A stretch of DNA of 53,217 nt from an uncultured Staphylococcus sp. (GCA_964579925.1 CAZOHK010000001.1:1-53217); one strand, 5' to 3'. Positions 16,769 to 25,633 are shown, counted from the first letter of the stretch. Numbers and translations are program-made. The notes: generated by a model not told the origin, from the letters alone.

Positions 16769-17682
16769 AAATGACCTTCCATAAGCCAAACTTCTTTGGT
16801 CATTGTTTTTTTAAACTCATCCATGATTTTATTCGCAATTGCTTTGGTTTCTACAAGTGCAATCATGGATCCACCTAAACCACCACCGGTTAGTTTTGCT
16901 CCAATCGCACCAAGCTTGATTGCTTGTTCAACCATTTGATCGAGTCGAGGATGGGATACGTCAAGTTCTTGAAGATGAAAATGGGCTTGATTCATTAATC
17001 TCGCTATATCATCCAATTCTTTTTTTTCAATTGCTTCTTTCATCAATAAACTCATTAACCCAATTGACTCGAGATGACCTTGGGCTAGGTTTTGTGTAAA
17101 TTTCTTTGCAACAATACCTACCGCTTCTTTAGTACTACCTTTAATCCCGGTATTCGCAACAATAAAATAACCAGGAATTGAAAGTTGAATGGGTGCTGGT
17201 TCTTTACCTTTTATAAAGTACCAAGGATGTTGGTTTGCCGTCGTCCATGCATCAATCCCACTTGCTGAACCGTGAACGAGTTTTTCTGCAAGTTGCGTTT
17301 TTTCAAATCGTAAAGCTGGTGTGATGGGTGCGGAAGCAAAATCAAAAATTGCTTCAACGATTGCGCCACTAATGGCAGCACTACTACCCATTCCTGCAGA
17401 ACTTGGAATATGATTTTCAATCGACAACTCAATTGGACCAAATTTAAATTGTTGTCTTAAGTGATCGACCAGAAAGCTAATAAAGAGTAACGAGGGTGGA
17501 AGCTGACTCATTTCCCCTTGATATAAAGTAGAAACTAAATAATCTTCGGATGATGGCACAACCGTGACATGGACCTTTAAAGGAAGGAAAGGCATCGAGA
17601 TGCCTGGGTGACCATAAACCACCGCGTGTTCACCAATGAGGATTACTTTAGCATGGGCAGTCCCGTGACCTTTTAATTTCAT
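16765..17682 (-). CDS. mvk: Mevalonate kinase
   Basis: 305 aa. Motifs KVILIGEHAVVYG and GMGSSAA (GHMP). First gene of a five-gene operon. Confidence 0.9.
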   Translation of the reverse strand: MKLKGHGTAHAKVILIGEHAVVYGHPGISMPFLPLKVHVTVVPSSEDYLVSTLYQGEMSQLPPSLLFISFLVDHLRQQFKFGPIELSIENHIPSSAGMGSSAAISGAIVEAIFDFASAPITPALRFEKTQLAEKLVHGSASGIDAWTTANQHPWYFIKGKEPAPIQLSIPGYFIVANTGIKGSTKEAVGIVAKKFTQNLAQGHLESIGLMSLLMKEAIEKKELDDIARLMNQAHFHLQELDVSHPRLDQMVEQAIKLGAIGAKLTGGGLGGSMIALVETKAIANKIMDEFKKTMTKEVWLMEGHL

Positions 17683-17765
17683 GTATTCTATTTTACATTT
17701 ATTTCTTGCCCCTATCTATGAAGTTGATTGCGGATTGGTGTTATGATGATTTTGAGGAAAAACAT

Positions 17766-18884
17766 ATGAGCAGAAAACACATACCTTTATATATTTTTGG
17801 TGTTATTGCACTTACTGCGTGTGGTGCTAGCAATGCCGGCAGTTCAGATGCTGCATCCGTTGATTTATCACCTTCTTTAATTGACTCAATCACGAATCAA
17901 CCAAATCGCCTTATGTTAGGTTCCATCGCCAATATGATGGCGTCTCCAGCTCCGGCGATGCGAACCACCATAGACGCTCGGGCAACGATGGTTTCAAGTC
18001 AACGCACACCTGATTTTCAACAAGCTTCATTGTTTTCTTTTGAGGGAAATCTCTTGATTGAATCCAATACACCAAATCCAGGACCAATCGAAGCATCGAT
18101 CATGTTGACTCTTGAGAATTTTGAAGTAACGACCGCAATGAGAAGTGGAGAATATGGTTTAAACTTCACGAACACCACATCTTTCGATGATCAAACGGTT
18201 GGTATTTATATTGAGGACAATATGGCTTATGTGGATTTAGAAGCAGCAAACGATTTATCTACGCTTGTACTTGGAGAACAAAGTTTTTATATTCCTTCCA
18301 AATTTAAAACACCCATCGCCTTTGAATCTGAAATGAACCAATTATTACCTACCATCCAGGTTGACGATATCGATGCTTGGATTGAAGCAACCTTACCGAT
18401 GGTGGATTCCCTTTCGTTAGTCAATCAATCCCTCTCGGGTTCCAACCTCACTATTTCATATGAAATCACCCAAAGCGATCTTCCTGAGATTTTTTCAAAC
18501 ATCTTTTTTAGCAATGTGGATCTTTCCATGTTGACCCAATCCGAAATCGATGCAATCGATGACCTTGTGGATGACATGCTACATGGCATCACCCTTCATC
18601 GCTTCTTGATCTCGATGACGATGAATGTATTGTCCAATCAGATGACACAAGTATTGGTCGATATTGATGTGGATACAAATTCATCTTTCAACCTCAATGA
18701 CCCTATTTATGATCCAGAAAATCTCCAAGCCGATGAATGGGGATTTGTAGAAGGAGAAGACTATTTGATTGAAACGTCAACTGATTATGAAGTTTATTTG
18801 CTCGCAACGATGGACGTGTTTACATCTTCATTGACGATTATCGGACCAATCAACAAAGATTCGTACGAATTAATCGAGCTTTAA
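17766..18884 (+). CDS. Acidic surface lipoprotein of unknown function
   Basis: The ATG at 17766 follows GAGGAAAAACAT. Signal peptide with lipobox LTA-C (MSRKHIPLYIFGVIALTACGAS). The maximal ORF from 17706 is an upstream extension. Confidence 0.6.
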   Translation: MSRKHIPLYIFGVIALTACGASNAGSSDAASVDLSPSLIDSITNQPNRLMLGSIANMMASPAPAMRTTIDARATMVSSQRTPDFQQASLFSFEGNLLIESNTPNPGPIEASIMLTLENFEVTTAMRSGEYGLNFTNTTSFDDQTVGIYIEDNMAYVDLEAANDLSTLVLGEQSFYIPSKFKTPIAFESEMNQLLPTIQVDDIDAWIEATLPMVDSLSLVNQSLSGSNLTISYEITQSDLPEIFSNIFFSNVDLSMLTQSEIDAIDDLVDDMLHGITLHRFLISMTMNVLSNQMTQVLVDIDVDTNSSFNLNDPIYDPENLQADEWGFVEGEDYLIETSTDYEVYLLATMDVFTSSLTIIGPINKDSYELIEL

Positions 18885-18963
18885 ACCGATCACGCTTTTG
18901 TTTTTTTATCACCATAGAAACAATTTAATTTAAATCATATACAATGCTATTTGGTAGCGAATC

Positions 18964-20343
18964 ATGGTACCAAATTTAACAAGAATTCAATCTACTGTTT
19001 TCATGAAATTATCCCTTCCACTTATCTTGGAAGTAACTTTTGTCATCATCGTTTCTAACTTAGTAGTTTGGATGCTGTCTTCCTATGACGATAATGTTGC
19101 TGCTGCCGTTTCCATCGCCGGTCAAATTAACAATACCTTCTTTTTATTTTTTTCAATCGTTTCTATGGGTGCAGGTATTTTAATGGCGCAATCGGTTGGT
19201 GCGAAGTCAACAAACCGACGCCAAGAAATTTTTTCAACCTCATTGTTTTATGCATTATTATTTGCCTTGATTGGAACGATCATATTCTTCTTGTTTTATC
19301 GCCCAATGTTTTCTTTTTATCAACTTGAAAATTCAGTACAAGGCTTTGCAGAACAATATGCCTTGATCCTTGCACCTTTATTTGTTTTAAATGCAGTGTT
19401 TCTTGTCTTCAACCAAACCCTATATGCGCATGGTAAAACAATGGAAGCATTTGTTGCACTCGTTTTTTGTGATTCGACCATTCTGGTTTTATCCTATGCA
19501 CTCATTTTTGGGGTTCCTGCTTTAGGCATTCCAAGTTTAGGAATTGTTGGTGCTGCGATTGCGATTGCGGTCGGTCGAGGCGTTTACTTTACCGGCCTCG
19601 CCATCTTTATTCATCGAAAGTTAAATTTGAAATTCGTCTTACCAAATGTGAATCCATTTCTTTCGAAAACAAGCAAACTCATTTTTAAAGTTGGATCACC
19701 TGCAGTTTTTGAAAATATAAGTTATACCTTCTTTATGATTTTAATTACTAGAATCATCGCAAGTTATGGAACCGACGCATTGGTTGCCAAAGCATATTTT
19801 GATTCCTTAGCAATGTTTACTTATTTCATCATGGCTGCGCTTGCTAACGCGAGTGCGATTAAAGTTGGACAATTGGTTGGTGGGTCGGCATTTGCTGAAG
19901 CAGAAAGCACGATTAAATATGCTTTAAAATTATCTTATGTTGCCACCATCATTCCTTCTTTAACGCTGGCTTTACTGATTGAACCGATTGGCGGATTATT
20001 CACAGACAATCCGGATGTACTAAATCTTTTAATGGCGATTGCCTTCATCGATATCTTTTTAGAAATTGGTCGGGTTTTAAACGTAGTGGTAAACCGCGCA
20101 ATTAAAGCAAGTGGTGATGCTCGCTATCCTTTGATTTCAATCATTATTGTGGAATGGGTCATCATACTCCCTGTTGCCTTATTCTTGGGCGATTATCTCA
20201 ACCTTGGTTTAATCGGTGTATGGATTGCATTAGCCGTGGATGAATTAATTCGCGGGCTTAATTTATATTTACGGTGGCAATCCAAACGTTGGCAAGCCAA
20301 ATCCAAGCAACTCAATCAGCACATTGATGCGTCTGACGCCTAA
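18964..20343 (+). CDS. MATE-family efflux transporter
   Basis: 459 aa with about 12 TM segments in a typical MATE layout. Start uncertain (18964 or 19003). Confidence 0.8.
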   Translation: MVPNLTRIQSTVFMKLSLPLILEVTFVIIVSNLVVWMLSSYDDNVAAAVSIAGQINNTFFLFFSIVSMGAGILMAQSVGAKSTNRRQEIFSTSLFYALLFALIGTIIFFLFYRPMFSFYQLENSVQGFAEQYALILAPLFVLNAVFLVFNQTLYAHGKTMEAFVALVFCDSTILVLSYALIFGVPALGIPSLGIVGAAIAIAVGRGVYFTGLAIFIHRKLNLKFVLPNVNPFLSKTSKLIFKVGSPAVFENISYTFFMILITRIIASYGTDALVAKAYFDSLAMFTYFIMAALANASAIKVGQLVGGSAFAEAESTIKYALKLSYVATIIPSLTLALLIEPIGGLFTDNPDVLNLLMAIAFIDIFLEIGRVLNVVVNRAIKASGDARYPLISIIIVEWVIILPVALFLGDYLNLGLIGVWIALAVDELIRGLNLYLRWQSKRWQAKSKQLNQHIDASDA

Positions 20344-20375
20344 CAGAAACTTGAAATTTTTGTTATGATAAAACA

Positions 20376-20864
20376 ATGAAAGAAAAATTAAAATCACTAC
20401 GAGCAGAAGCGATTGATTTATTAGAAAAACGAGGCGTTTCACTTGATGAAATTGTCGATTGTGTTTATTTTTTACAAAAAGAATACCACTCCAATTTAGA
20501 CAAAAAAGTATTAATGGAGTCTGTCTTATCTGTTTTAGATAAACGTGAAGTCCAATTCGCGTTAATGACTGGGATTGAACTTGATATGCTTGCAGAAAAA
20601 AAGAAGTTTGGAAACAAGGCATTAGAAGCGGTCATTAATCGTGATGAAGGTTTATTCGGAACCGATGAAGTATTGGCTTATAGTATTTGCAATTTATATG
20701 GTTCGATTGCCTTAACGAATTTTGGATTTATTGATAAACAAAAATATGGCGTGGTCGCAAGACTCAATGATGAGGGTAAAACTGGAAAGCATTGCCATAC
20801 ATTCTTAGATGATTTAGTGGGAGCGATTGCGGCTGCAGCTGCGAGTCGTTTTGCTCATTCTTAA
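20376..20864 (+). CDS. pgpA: Phosphatidylglycerophosphatase A-like protein (YutG family)
   Basis: 162 aa. Close to the recalled B. subtilis YutG pattern: REVQFALMTGIELD, YGSIALTNFGFIDK, KHCHTFLDDLVGAIAAAAASRFAH. Confidence 0.75.
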   Translation: MKEKLKSLRAEAIDLLEKRGVSLDEIVDCVYFLQKEYHSNLDKKVLMESVLSVLDKREVQFALMTGIELDMLAEKKKFGNKALEAVINRDEGLFGTDEVLAYSICNLYGSIALTNFGFIDKQKYGVVARLNDEGKTGKHCHTFLDDLVGAIAAAAASRFAHS

Positions 20865-20866
20865 AC

Positions 20867-22192
20867 ATGAAACGAACTGATTTGCTATTGCTTACCCTGA
20901 CCACATTATTAGTGGGTTGCACGGCGACGCCGTCAGATAGTTCCATCAGTGGCGTTGATCCGCTTAACCCTGGTTCACTTTTATTAGGTCATGACGTGGG
21001 AAACTTTTGGACCATTCCTGCAAAGGGTAATCCAAATGTACTAGTTGTTCCAATTGAATTTTCTGATTTAGTTTATGACAATCCAACCGAAGTGGTTGAC
21101 CTTATTGATCAAGCGTTTAATGGCGAGGCCACCTCTAGTTTTCAATCCCAAAAAAGTTATTATCTGACTTCATCCTTTGATCAATTATCACTCACGGGTG
21201 TGGTGACACAACCCTTTCAAACTCAATTTTCTTCTTCTTATTATGAAAATTTAACAGGCGAAGATCCAAACACGGTCATCATTGATGAACTGATGGAAGC
21301 ACTTGATTCAACCTATGACTTTTCATCCTTTGATTTGAATGAAGATGGCGAGTTAGACGGACTCTATATGGTCTATAATCATCCTGCTGGTGAATGGAAT
21401 AGTTTCTGGTGGGCTTATCTTTATTCATATTTTGGTAACCAAACCTACGATAGCGTTATCCCTACTTCTTATGTATGGATGCCTTATGAATTTGTTTCTT
21501 ATAATAATCAACTTGATGCCTCGACGTTTATTCACGAAACTGGACATAAGCTTGGCTTGGAAGATTATTATGACTACGCAAGTGATGATGGTTCCGATAA
21601 TGAATGGGGTTTAGGTGGCGCGGATATGATGGATGGAACGGTGGGTGACCATAATCCATTCTCAAAATTAACCTTAGGTTGGATTGAACCAAAAGTTGCC
21701 AATCAAAGCATGGATGTCGTCTTAAGACCTTATAGCACGTCAGGTGATGCCTTGATTATTACCGATCAATGGAATGGCACATTGTTTGATGAATATCTGA
21801 TTGCGATTTATTACACCCCAACAGGATTATTTGAAGGATACAACGATTTTTATTTTGATGGTCGTTCTGGTATGGTGCTTTATCATGTGGATGCGAGGTT
21901 AGGTCCTAACTTGAGTGAGCTTTATCCAACCCATTTTTTGAACAATAATTCTGACAGTGATTTTAAATTAATTCGTTTTATTGAGGCGGATGGTAACAAT
22001 TCTCTATATAATCGAACCCCAAAAGGTTGGATGTGGGAAGAAGATGTTTATCGTCCGGGTCATGCGTTTGGAATCAATCGAAATTTAAATTATGGTTGGA
22101 ATCAAAGTGAACGCGGTGATGTTTCCTTTACCATTCGGGTGAATCAAGAGGCAGCCAATATGGCCAATTTATCTTTAAGCATTCGGTTCTAA
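20867..22192 (+). CDS. Lipoprotein with M6 (immune inhibitor A)-like zinc metalloprotease domain
   Basis: 441 aa. Lipobox LLVG-C. HExxH in FIHETGHKLGLEDYYD (compare InhA HEFGHDLGLPDEYD). Starts 2 nt after the pgpA-like stop. Confidence 0.7.
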   Translation: MKRTDLLLLTLTTLLVGCTATPSDSSISGVDPLNPGSLLLGHDVGNFWTIPAKGNPNVLVVPIEFSDLVYDNPTEVVDLIDQAFNGEATSSFQSQKSYYLTSSFDQLSLTGVVTQPFQTQFSSSYYENLTGEDPNTVIIDELMEALDSTYDFSSFDLNEDGELDGLYMVYNHPAGEWNSFWWAYLYSYFGNQTYDSVIPTSYVWMPYEFVSYNNQLDASTFIHETGHKLGLEDYYDYASDDGSDNEWGLGGADMMDGTVGDHNPFSKLTLGWIEPKVANQSMDVVLRPYSTSGDALIITDQWNGTLFDEYLIAIYYTPTGLFEGYNDFYFDGRSGMVLYHVDARLGPNLSELYPTHFLNNNSDSDFKLIRFIEADGNNSLYNRTPKGWMWEEDVYRPGHAFGINRNLNYGWNQSERGDVSFTIRVNQEAANMANLSLSIRF

Positions 22193-22773
22193 TGGAACAC
22201 TTACGCATTCTGAGTATCTTTAACATTCTATTTTATTTAGCAAATCTATTATGGTTGCTTGAATTTATGATTTTTCGTAATCGAAAACGCACAGGAAAAT
22301 TTCAAGAAAAGAAATCATTTTGGTTTCTAACGATATCGATTCTTGTGGTAATTGTGACCACGATTTATTTTTCAGATCAGCAGCTTGGCAAACTAAGCGG
22401 AACCTCGATTTATCCAATCCTCCAAGTGGTTGGCTTGATGTTACAGTTTTTTGGTTTATGGTTACGTTACCAAGGTTCAATTGCCTTAGGACAAAACTTC
22501 ACAAGACACGTCGCGGTCTCTTCAACGATGACCCTTGTTTCCAAAGGTCCTTATCGGTATTTTAGACACCCACTTTATTTGGGTTTGTTTTTCATTACCA
22601 TTGCATTCCCCATTTTTGTTGGCAATTTGGTTGCGATCATCATTGCCTTACCTTTGTTGTGGATTGGTTTTTCTTGGCGAATGAAGGTTGAAGAAAAGGC
22701 GTTGAGTCTACTGCATCCATCCTATCGAGATTGGTTAAAGTCTCGTTACCGATTTATCCCAGGCATTTATTAA
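22192..22773 (+). CDS. Isoprenylcysteine carboxyl methyltransferase (ICMT)/phospholipid methyltransferase-family membrane protein
   Basis: 193 aa, multi-TM. Family motif GPYRYFRHPLYLG. TAATG overlap with the protease gene. Confidence 0.75.
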   Translation: MEHLRILSIFNILFYLANLLWLLEFMIFRNRKRTGKFQEKKSFWFLTISILVVIVTTIYFSDQQLGKLSGTSIYPILQVVGLMLQFFGLWLRYQGSIALGQNFTRHVAVSSTMTLVSKGPYRYFRHPLYLGLFFITIAFPIFVGNLVAIIIALPLLWIGFSWRMKVEEKALSLLHPSYRDWLKSRYRFIPGIY

Positions 22774-22815
22774 GATTGATCAAAAGATCGTCAATAGAAG
22801 ATCCTCTAGACGTTA

Positions 22816-23049
22816 TCAGATTTTGATAAACACCTTATCTCCGTTTTTTGACTCGATATCAATCAAGACCAATGGTTTGTGAATCCTTCGTAGTAATTGG
22901 ATTTGTTTCACAAGTAATTTTCGTGTTTTGATATCGAAATTTTTACCATCATAGGTAAAGTATTTTAAAAACGTTCCTAGAACAAACGGTCCTGAAGGTA
23001 ACCATAAGGATAATTTCGTTTTGTTTTGTTCTTTAATCAAGATGCGCAT
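22816..23049 (-). CDS. Small protein paralogous to the C-terminal domain of the adjacent XRE regulator
   Basis: 77 aa. Its start is 2 nt after the XRE stop. Shares the LWLPSGPFV / NLPWPLV and IDIESKNGDKVFIKI / VEIESKDGDFVEIVVE blocks with residues 86-164 of the regulator. Confidence 0.6.
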   Translation of the reverse strand: MRILIKEQNKTKLSLWLPSGPFVLGTFLKYFTYDGKNFDIKTRKLLVKQIQLLRRIHKPLVLIDIESKNGDKVFIKI

Positions 23050-23051
23050 GG

Positions 23052-23546
23052 TTATTCCACAACAATCTCAACAAAGTCACCATCTTTAGATTCAATTTCA
23101 ACAATTTTTCCAATCACACCTTGTTCCACTAACGACATCACTTTGTTAATATCAATATCCTTTAAGACATCTTTACCATCGACTTTGGGCGTGATGCCCA
23201 TATCCAATGCAACCTTTACCAAAGGCCAAGGTAAATTCACATTTACTTTATCTCCATCATTGGAACGAACTTTAATCTTAAACACCAAGCGGTTAAGATC
23301 TTTCTTTTGCGCGGTGGTTGATAGTCCTACCACAGGCTCATTTGCCTGATGACCTAATAAATAATCAATCGAGGTGTCAAATGTACTCGCAATCGTTGAA
23401 AGTAAACCAACATCAGGAAGGGAAACATCTTTTTCCCACTTGCTGACGGCTTGCGCAGAAACATTTAATTTTTTTGCAAGTTCTTCTTGTGTCCATGCTT
23501 TCTTTTTTCTTAGTTCAGTGAGTCGTTTACCAAAAGATTCTTTCAT
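23052..23546 (-). CDS. XRE-family HTH transcriptional regulator fused to an uncharacterised C-terminal domain
   Basis: 164 aa. N-terminal HTH_3 pattern LTELRKKKAWTQEELAKKLNVSAQAVSKWEKD. C-terminal half of about 80 aa has DGDxV repeats. Confidence 0.8.
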   Translation of the reverse strand: MKESFGKRLTELRKKKAWTQEELAKKLNVSAQAVSKWEKDVSLPDVGLLSTIASTFDTSIDYLLGHQANEPVVGLSTTAQKKDLNRLVFKIKVRSNDGDKVNVNLPWPLVKVALDMGITPKVDGKDVLKDIDINKVMSLVEQGVIGKIVEIESKDGDFVEIVVE

Positions 23547-23778
23547 GCATATTTCCTCTTTTCTACTAACATTATGGAATAAATTAGGTTATAAGACTAA
23601 CGATAGATGGTTGATTTTTGAGCAAAATTTCAATTCTTGGTTGTTTTGGACACAACCACAGGTTGTATGCATGATAATCTTAACCTTTTTTTATTATTGC
23701 TTTTTTAAGTTTTAGCATATAATTTTAAACGTTGATGCTTGCGGAATCATCGCGAGTCGTCATCTAAGGAGGATAGGC

Positions 23779-24366
23779 ATGAAATCAACCCCCATTCATC
23801 CGGACTTTGAAAGCATTTTATTATCAGAAAAAGAAATCCAAGAGATTTGTGAGAAACTTGGACAGCAACTTAACAAAGATTATCAAAACAAAGTTCCTAC
23901 CATTCTTGCAGTGTTAAAAGGCGTCACTCCATTTCTAACCGATTTATCTAAACACTTTTCTTTCTATTGTGATTATGAATACGTTGCCTCGAGTAGTTAT
24001 CACGGTGGCGTGGTGACCTCAAATTGGGTAGAAATTTATTTATGGCCAAGATTGACCTTGAGAAATAAAGATGTGTTGATCATCGAAGATATTGTTGATT
24101 CTGGTCTCACTATTCAAAAAATCAAACAAAAAGCCTTAAGTGAAGGGGCAAAATCGGTTAAAGTCGTGACGTTACTGGATAAACCAGAAGGACGAAAAAC
24201 AAAATTTGTTCCCGACTATATTGGAAAAGCGATTCCGAAATTGTTTGTGGTTGGTTATGGATTAGACTTTGATGAAAAATATCGAAACGTTCCTTATGTT
24301 GGTGTCTTAAAACCTGCCATGATCAAAATGAATCCCAAGGATTATCCTTGGCGAAAAGGAGAATAA
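23779..24366 (+). CDS. hpt: Hypoxanthine(-guanine) phosphoribosyltransferase
   Basis: 195 aa. PRPP-binding motif VLIIEDIVDSGLT. SD AAGGAGG upstream. Confidence 0.9.
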   Translation: MKSTPIHPDFESILLSEKEIQEICEKLGQQLNKDYQNKVPTILAVLKGVTPFLTDLSKHFSFYCDYEYVASSSYHGGVVTSNWVEIYLWPRLTLRNKDVLIIEDIVDSGLTIQKIKQKALSEGAKSVKVVTLLDKPEGRKTKFVPDYIGKAIPKLFVVGYGLDFDEKYRNVPYVGVLKPAMIKMNPKDYPWRKGE

Positions 24367-24369
24367 CCC

Positions 24370-24888
24370 ATGGATTTGAAGAAATATATTGCCGCTGTCC
24401 AAGACTGGCCAATCAAAGGTGTCTCATTTAAAGATGTCACCCCGTTGTTAAATGATGGTCAAGCCTTTTATCAATCCATTCAAGATTTGGCGACGTTAGT
24501 TTCCAAACACAAACCCGATGTGATTGTTTCCCCAGAAGCTAGAGGTTTTATTTTTGGTGGTGCCGTTGCCAGTCATTTAAAAATCCCTTTTGTCTTGGTG
24601 AGAAAAGCAGGGAAATTACCACGAAAAGCAATTGAAGAAAAATTCACTCTTGAATACGGTCAAACCAGTTTATTTATGCACGCTGACGCCATCAAAAAAG
24701 GCCAAAAAGTATTGGTGCTTGACGATGTGCTTGCCACCGGTGGAACCTCACTTGCCATTGCAAAACTTGTCGAACGTTTAGGCGGAAAAGTGATTCATTA
24801 TACATTTCTATTAAACTTAAGTTATTTACCCGGGGAAGCAAAACTTAAAACAAATGGCTACTCTGTAGACTACGTGTTAACGTATTAA
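24370..24888 (+). CDS. apt: Adenine phosphoribosyltransferase
   Basis: 172 aa. Motifs FKDVTPLL and VLVLDDVLATGGT. Confidence 0.9.
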   Translation: MDLKKYIAAVQDWPIKGVSFKDVTPLLNDGQAFYQSIQDLATLVSKHKPDVIVSPEARGFIFGGAVASHLKIPFVLVRKAGKLPRKAIEEKFTLEYGQTSLFMHADAIKKGQKVLVLDDVLATGGTSLAIAKLVERLGGKVIHYTFLLNLSYLPGEAKLKTNGYSVDYVLTY

Positions 24889-24889
24889 A

Positions 24890-25522
24890 CTAACCTTCTT
24901 CACCAAATAGACGATCACCCGCATCCCCTAAACCAGGAACGATGTAACCTTTGGTATTTAATTGTTTATCAATCGATGCCAGATAGATTTTTGTGGTTGG
25001 ATGTTTTGCCAATACAAAATCGATGCCTTGTTGAACGCCAACTAAACCAAGATAGGTAATCAATTTTGCGCCCTTCTTCTTGATTAAATCAATTGCTTGA
25101 ACGAGGGTGCCGCCGGTTGCAAGCATCGGATCAAGAATAAAGACTTCTGTTTCCGCTGTCATTTTTGGTAATTTAACGAGATAGGATGAGGCCTTTAATG
25201 TTTTTTCATCTCGAACAAAACCCAAGTGACCCACTTTGGCGGTAGGGATCATTTCGGTAAAACCATCAAGCATCCCTAATCCTGCGCGCATGATCGGAAC
25301 AACCAAGACATCGTTTGCAAGTTGGTGGCCAATCATATCCGTGACCGGAGTAATGATGCCTTTCTTTTCGAGTTGAAGTTGATTGGTTGCAGGAAACACG
25401 ACCATTTGGGTGATTTCTTTAACCAAGGTTCGAAAGTAATTGTTATGGGTAGATTTGTCTCTGAGGATGGTCATTTTGTGTTCAATCAAAGGATGTTTAA
25501 CCAGATAGACGTTTTGGTTCAT
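24890..25522 (-). CDS. upp: Uracil phosphoribosyltransferase
   Basis: 210 aa. Motifs ILDPMLATGGT and IVPGLGDAGDRLFG. Confidence 0.92.
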   Translation of the reverse strand: MNQNVYLVKHPLIEHKMTILRDKSTHNNYFRTLVKEITQMVVFPATNQLQLEKKGIITPVTDMIGHQLANDVLVVPIMRAGLGMLDGFTEMIPTAKVGHLGFVRDEKTLKASSYLVKLPKMTAETEVFILDPMLATGGTLVQAIDLIKKKGAKLITYLGLVGVQQGIDFVLAKHPTTKIYLASIDKQLNTKGYIVPGLGDAGDRLFGEEG

Positions 25523-25633
25523 GATGATTACCTCATTTCTATTTTATCGTTTTTCACGTTTTAATTTTGTTAATTTCATTTTTTGAGGCGCAGGAACTCG
25601 TTAAGCGTTTGGTTTTTTGTTAAGATAGGAGGT

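Noticed and set aside
17706-17765. Upstream extensions of the lipoprotein ORF (17706), of hslO (25583-25633), cvpA (34703-34717), HAD (49693-49737), mvaD (16769-16789), thiN (10132-10203), crtO (32437-32460) and chrA (41727-41801).
   Set aside because: In each case an internal ATG has a proper SD or an ATGA/overlap coupling, and homology or the signal peptide starts there. The longer forms begin at non-ATG codons or read into the neighbouring gene.
22816-23546. Interpreting the XRE regulator plus 77-aa protein as a type II toxin-antitoxin pair.
   Set aside because: The small protein is a paralog of the regulator's own C-terminal domain rather than a recognisable toxin fold (no RelE, HipA, MazF or Zeta features). 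The gene order and sizes also fit a regulator/decoy pair better.
23667-23708. 13-codon hydrophobic mini-ORF (MHDNLNLFLLLLF) in the XRE/hpt intergenic region.
   Set aside because: It has no SD and lies upstream of the predicted hpt -10 element. A T-rich sequence translates trivially into Leu and Phe, so there is no support for a leader peptide.
23640-23778. Purine/guanine riboswitch upstream of hpt, and likewise upstream of the BMP operon at 118-219.
   Set aside because: I could not find the conserved J1-2/J2-3/J3-1 purine-riboswitch nucleotides or the three-way-junction spacing. The hpt hairpin is a simple stem-loop. The BMP leader is kept only as an unassigned structured candidate.
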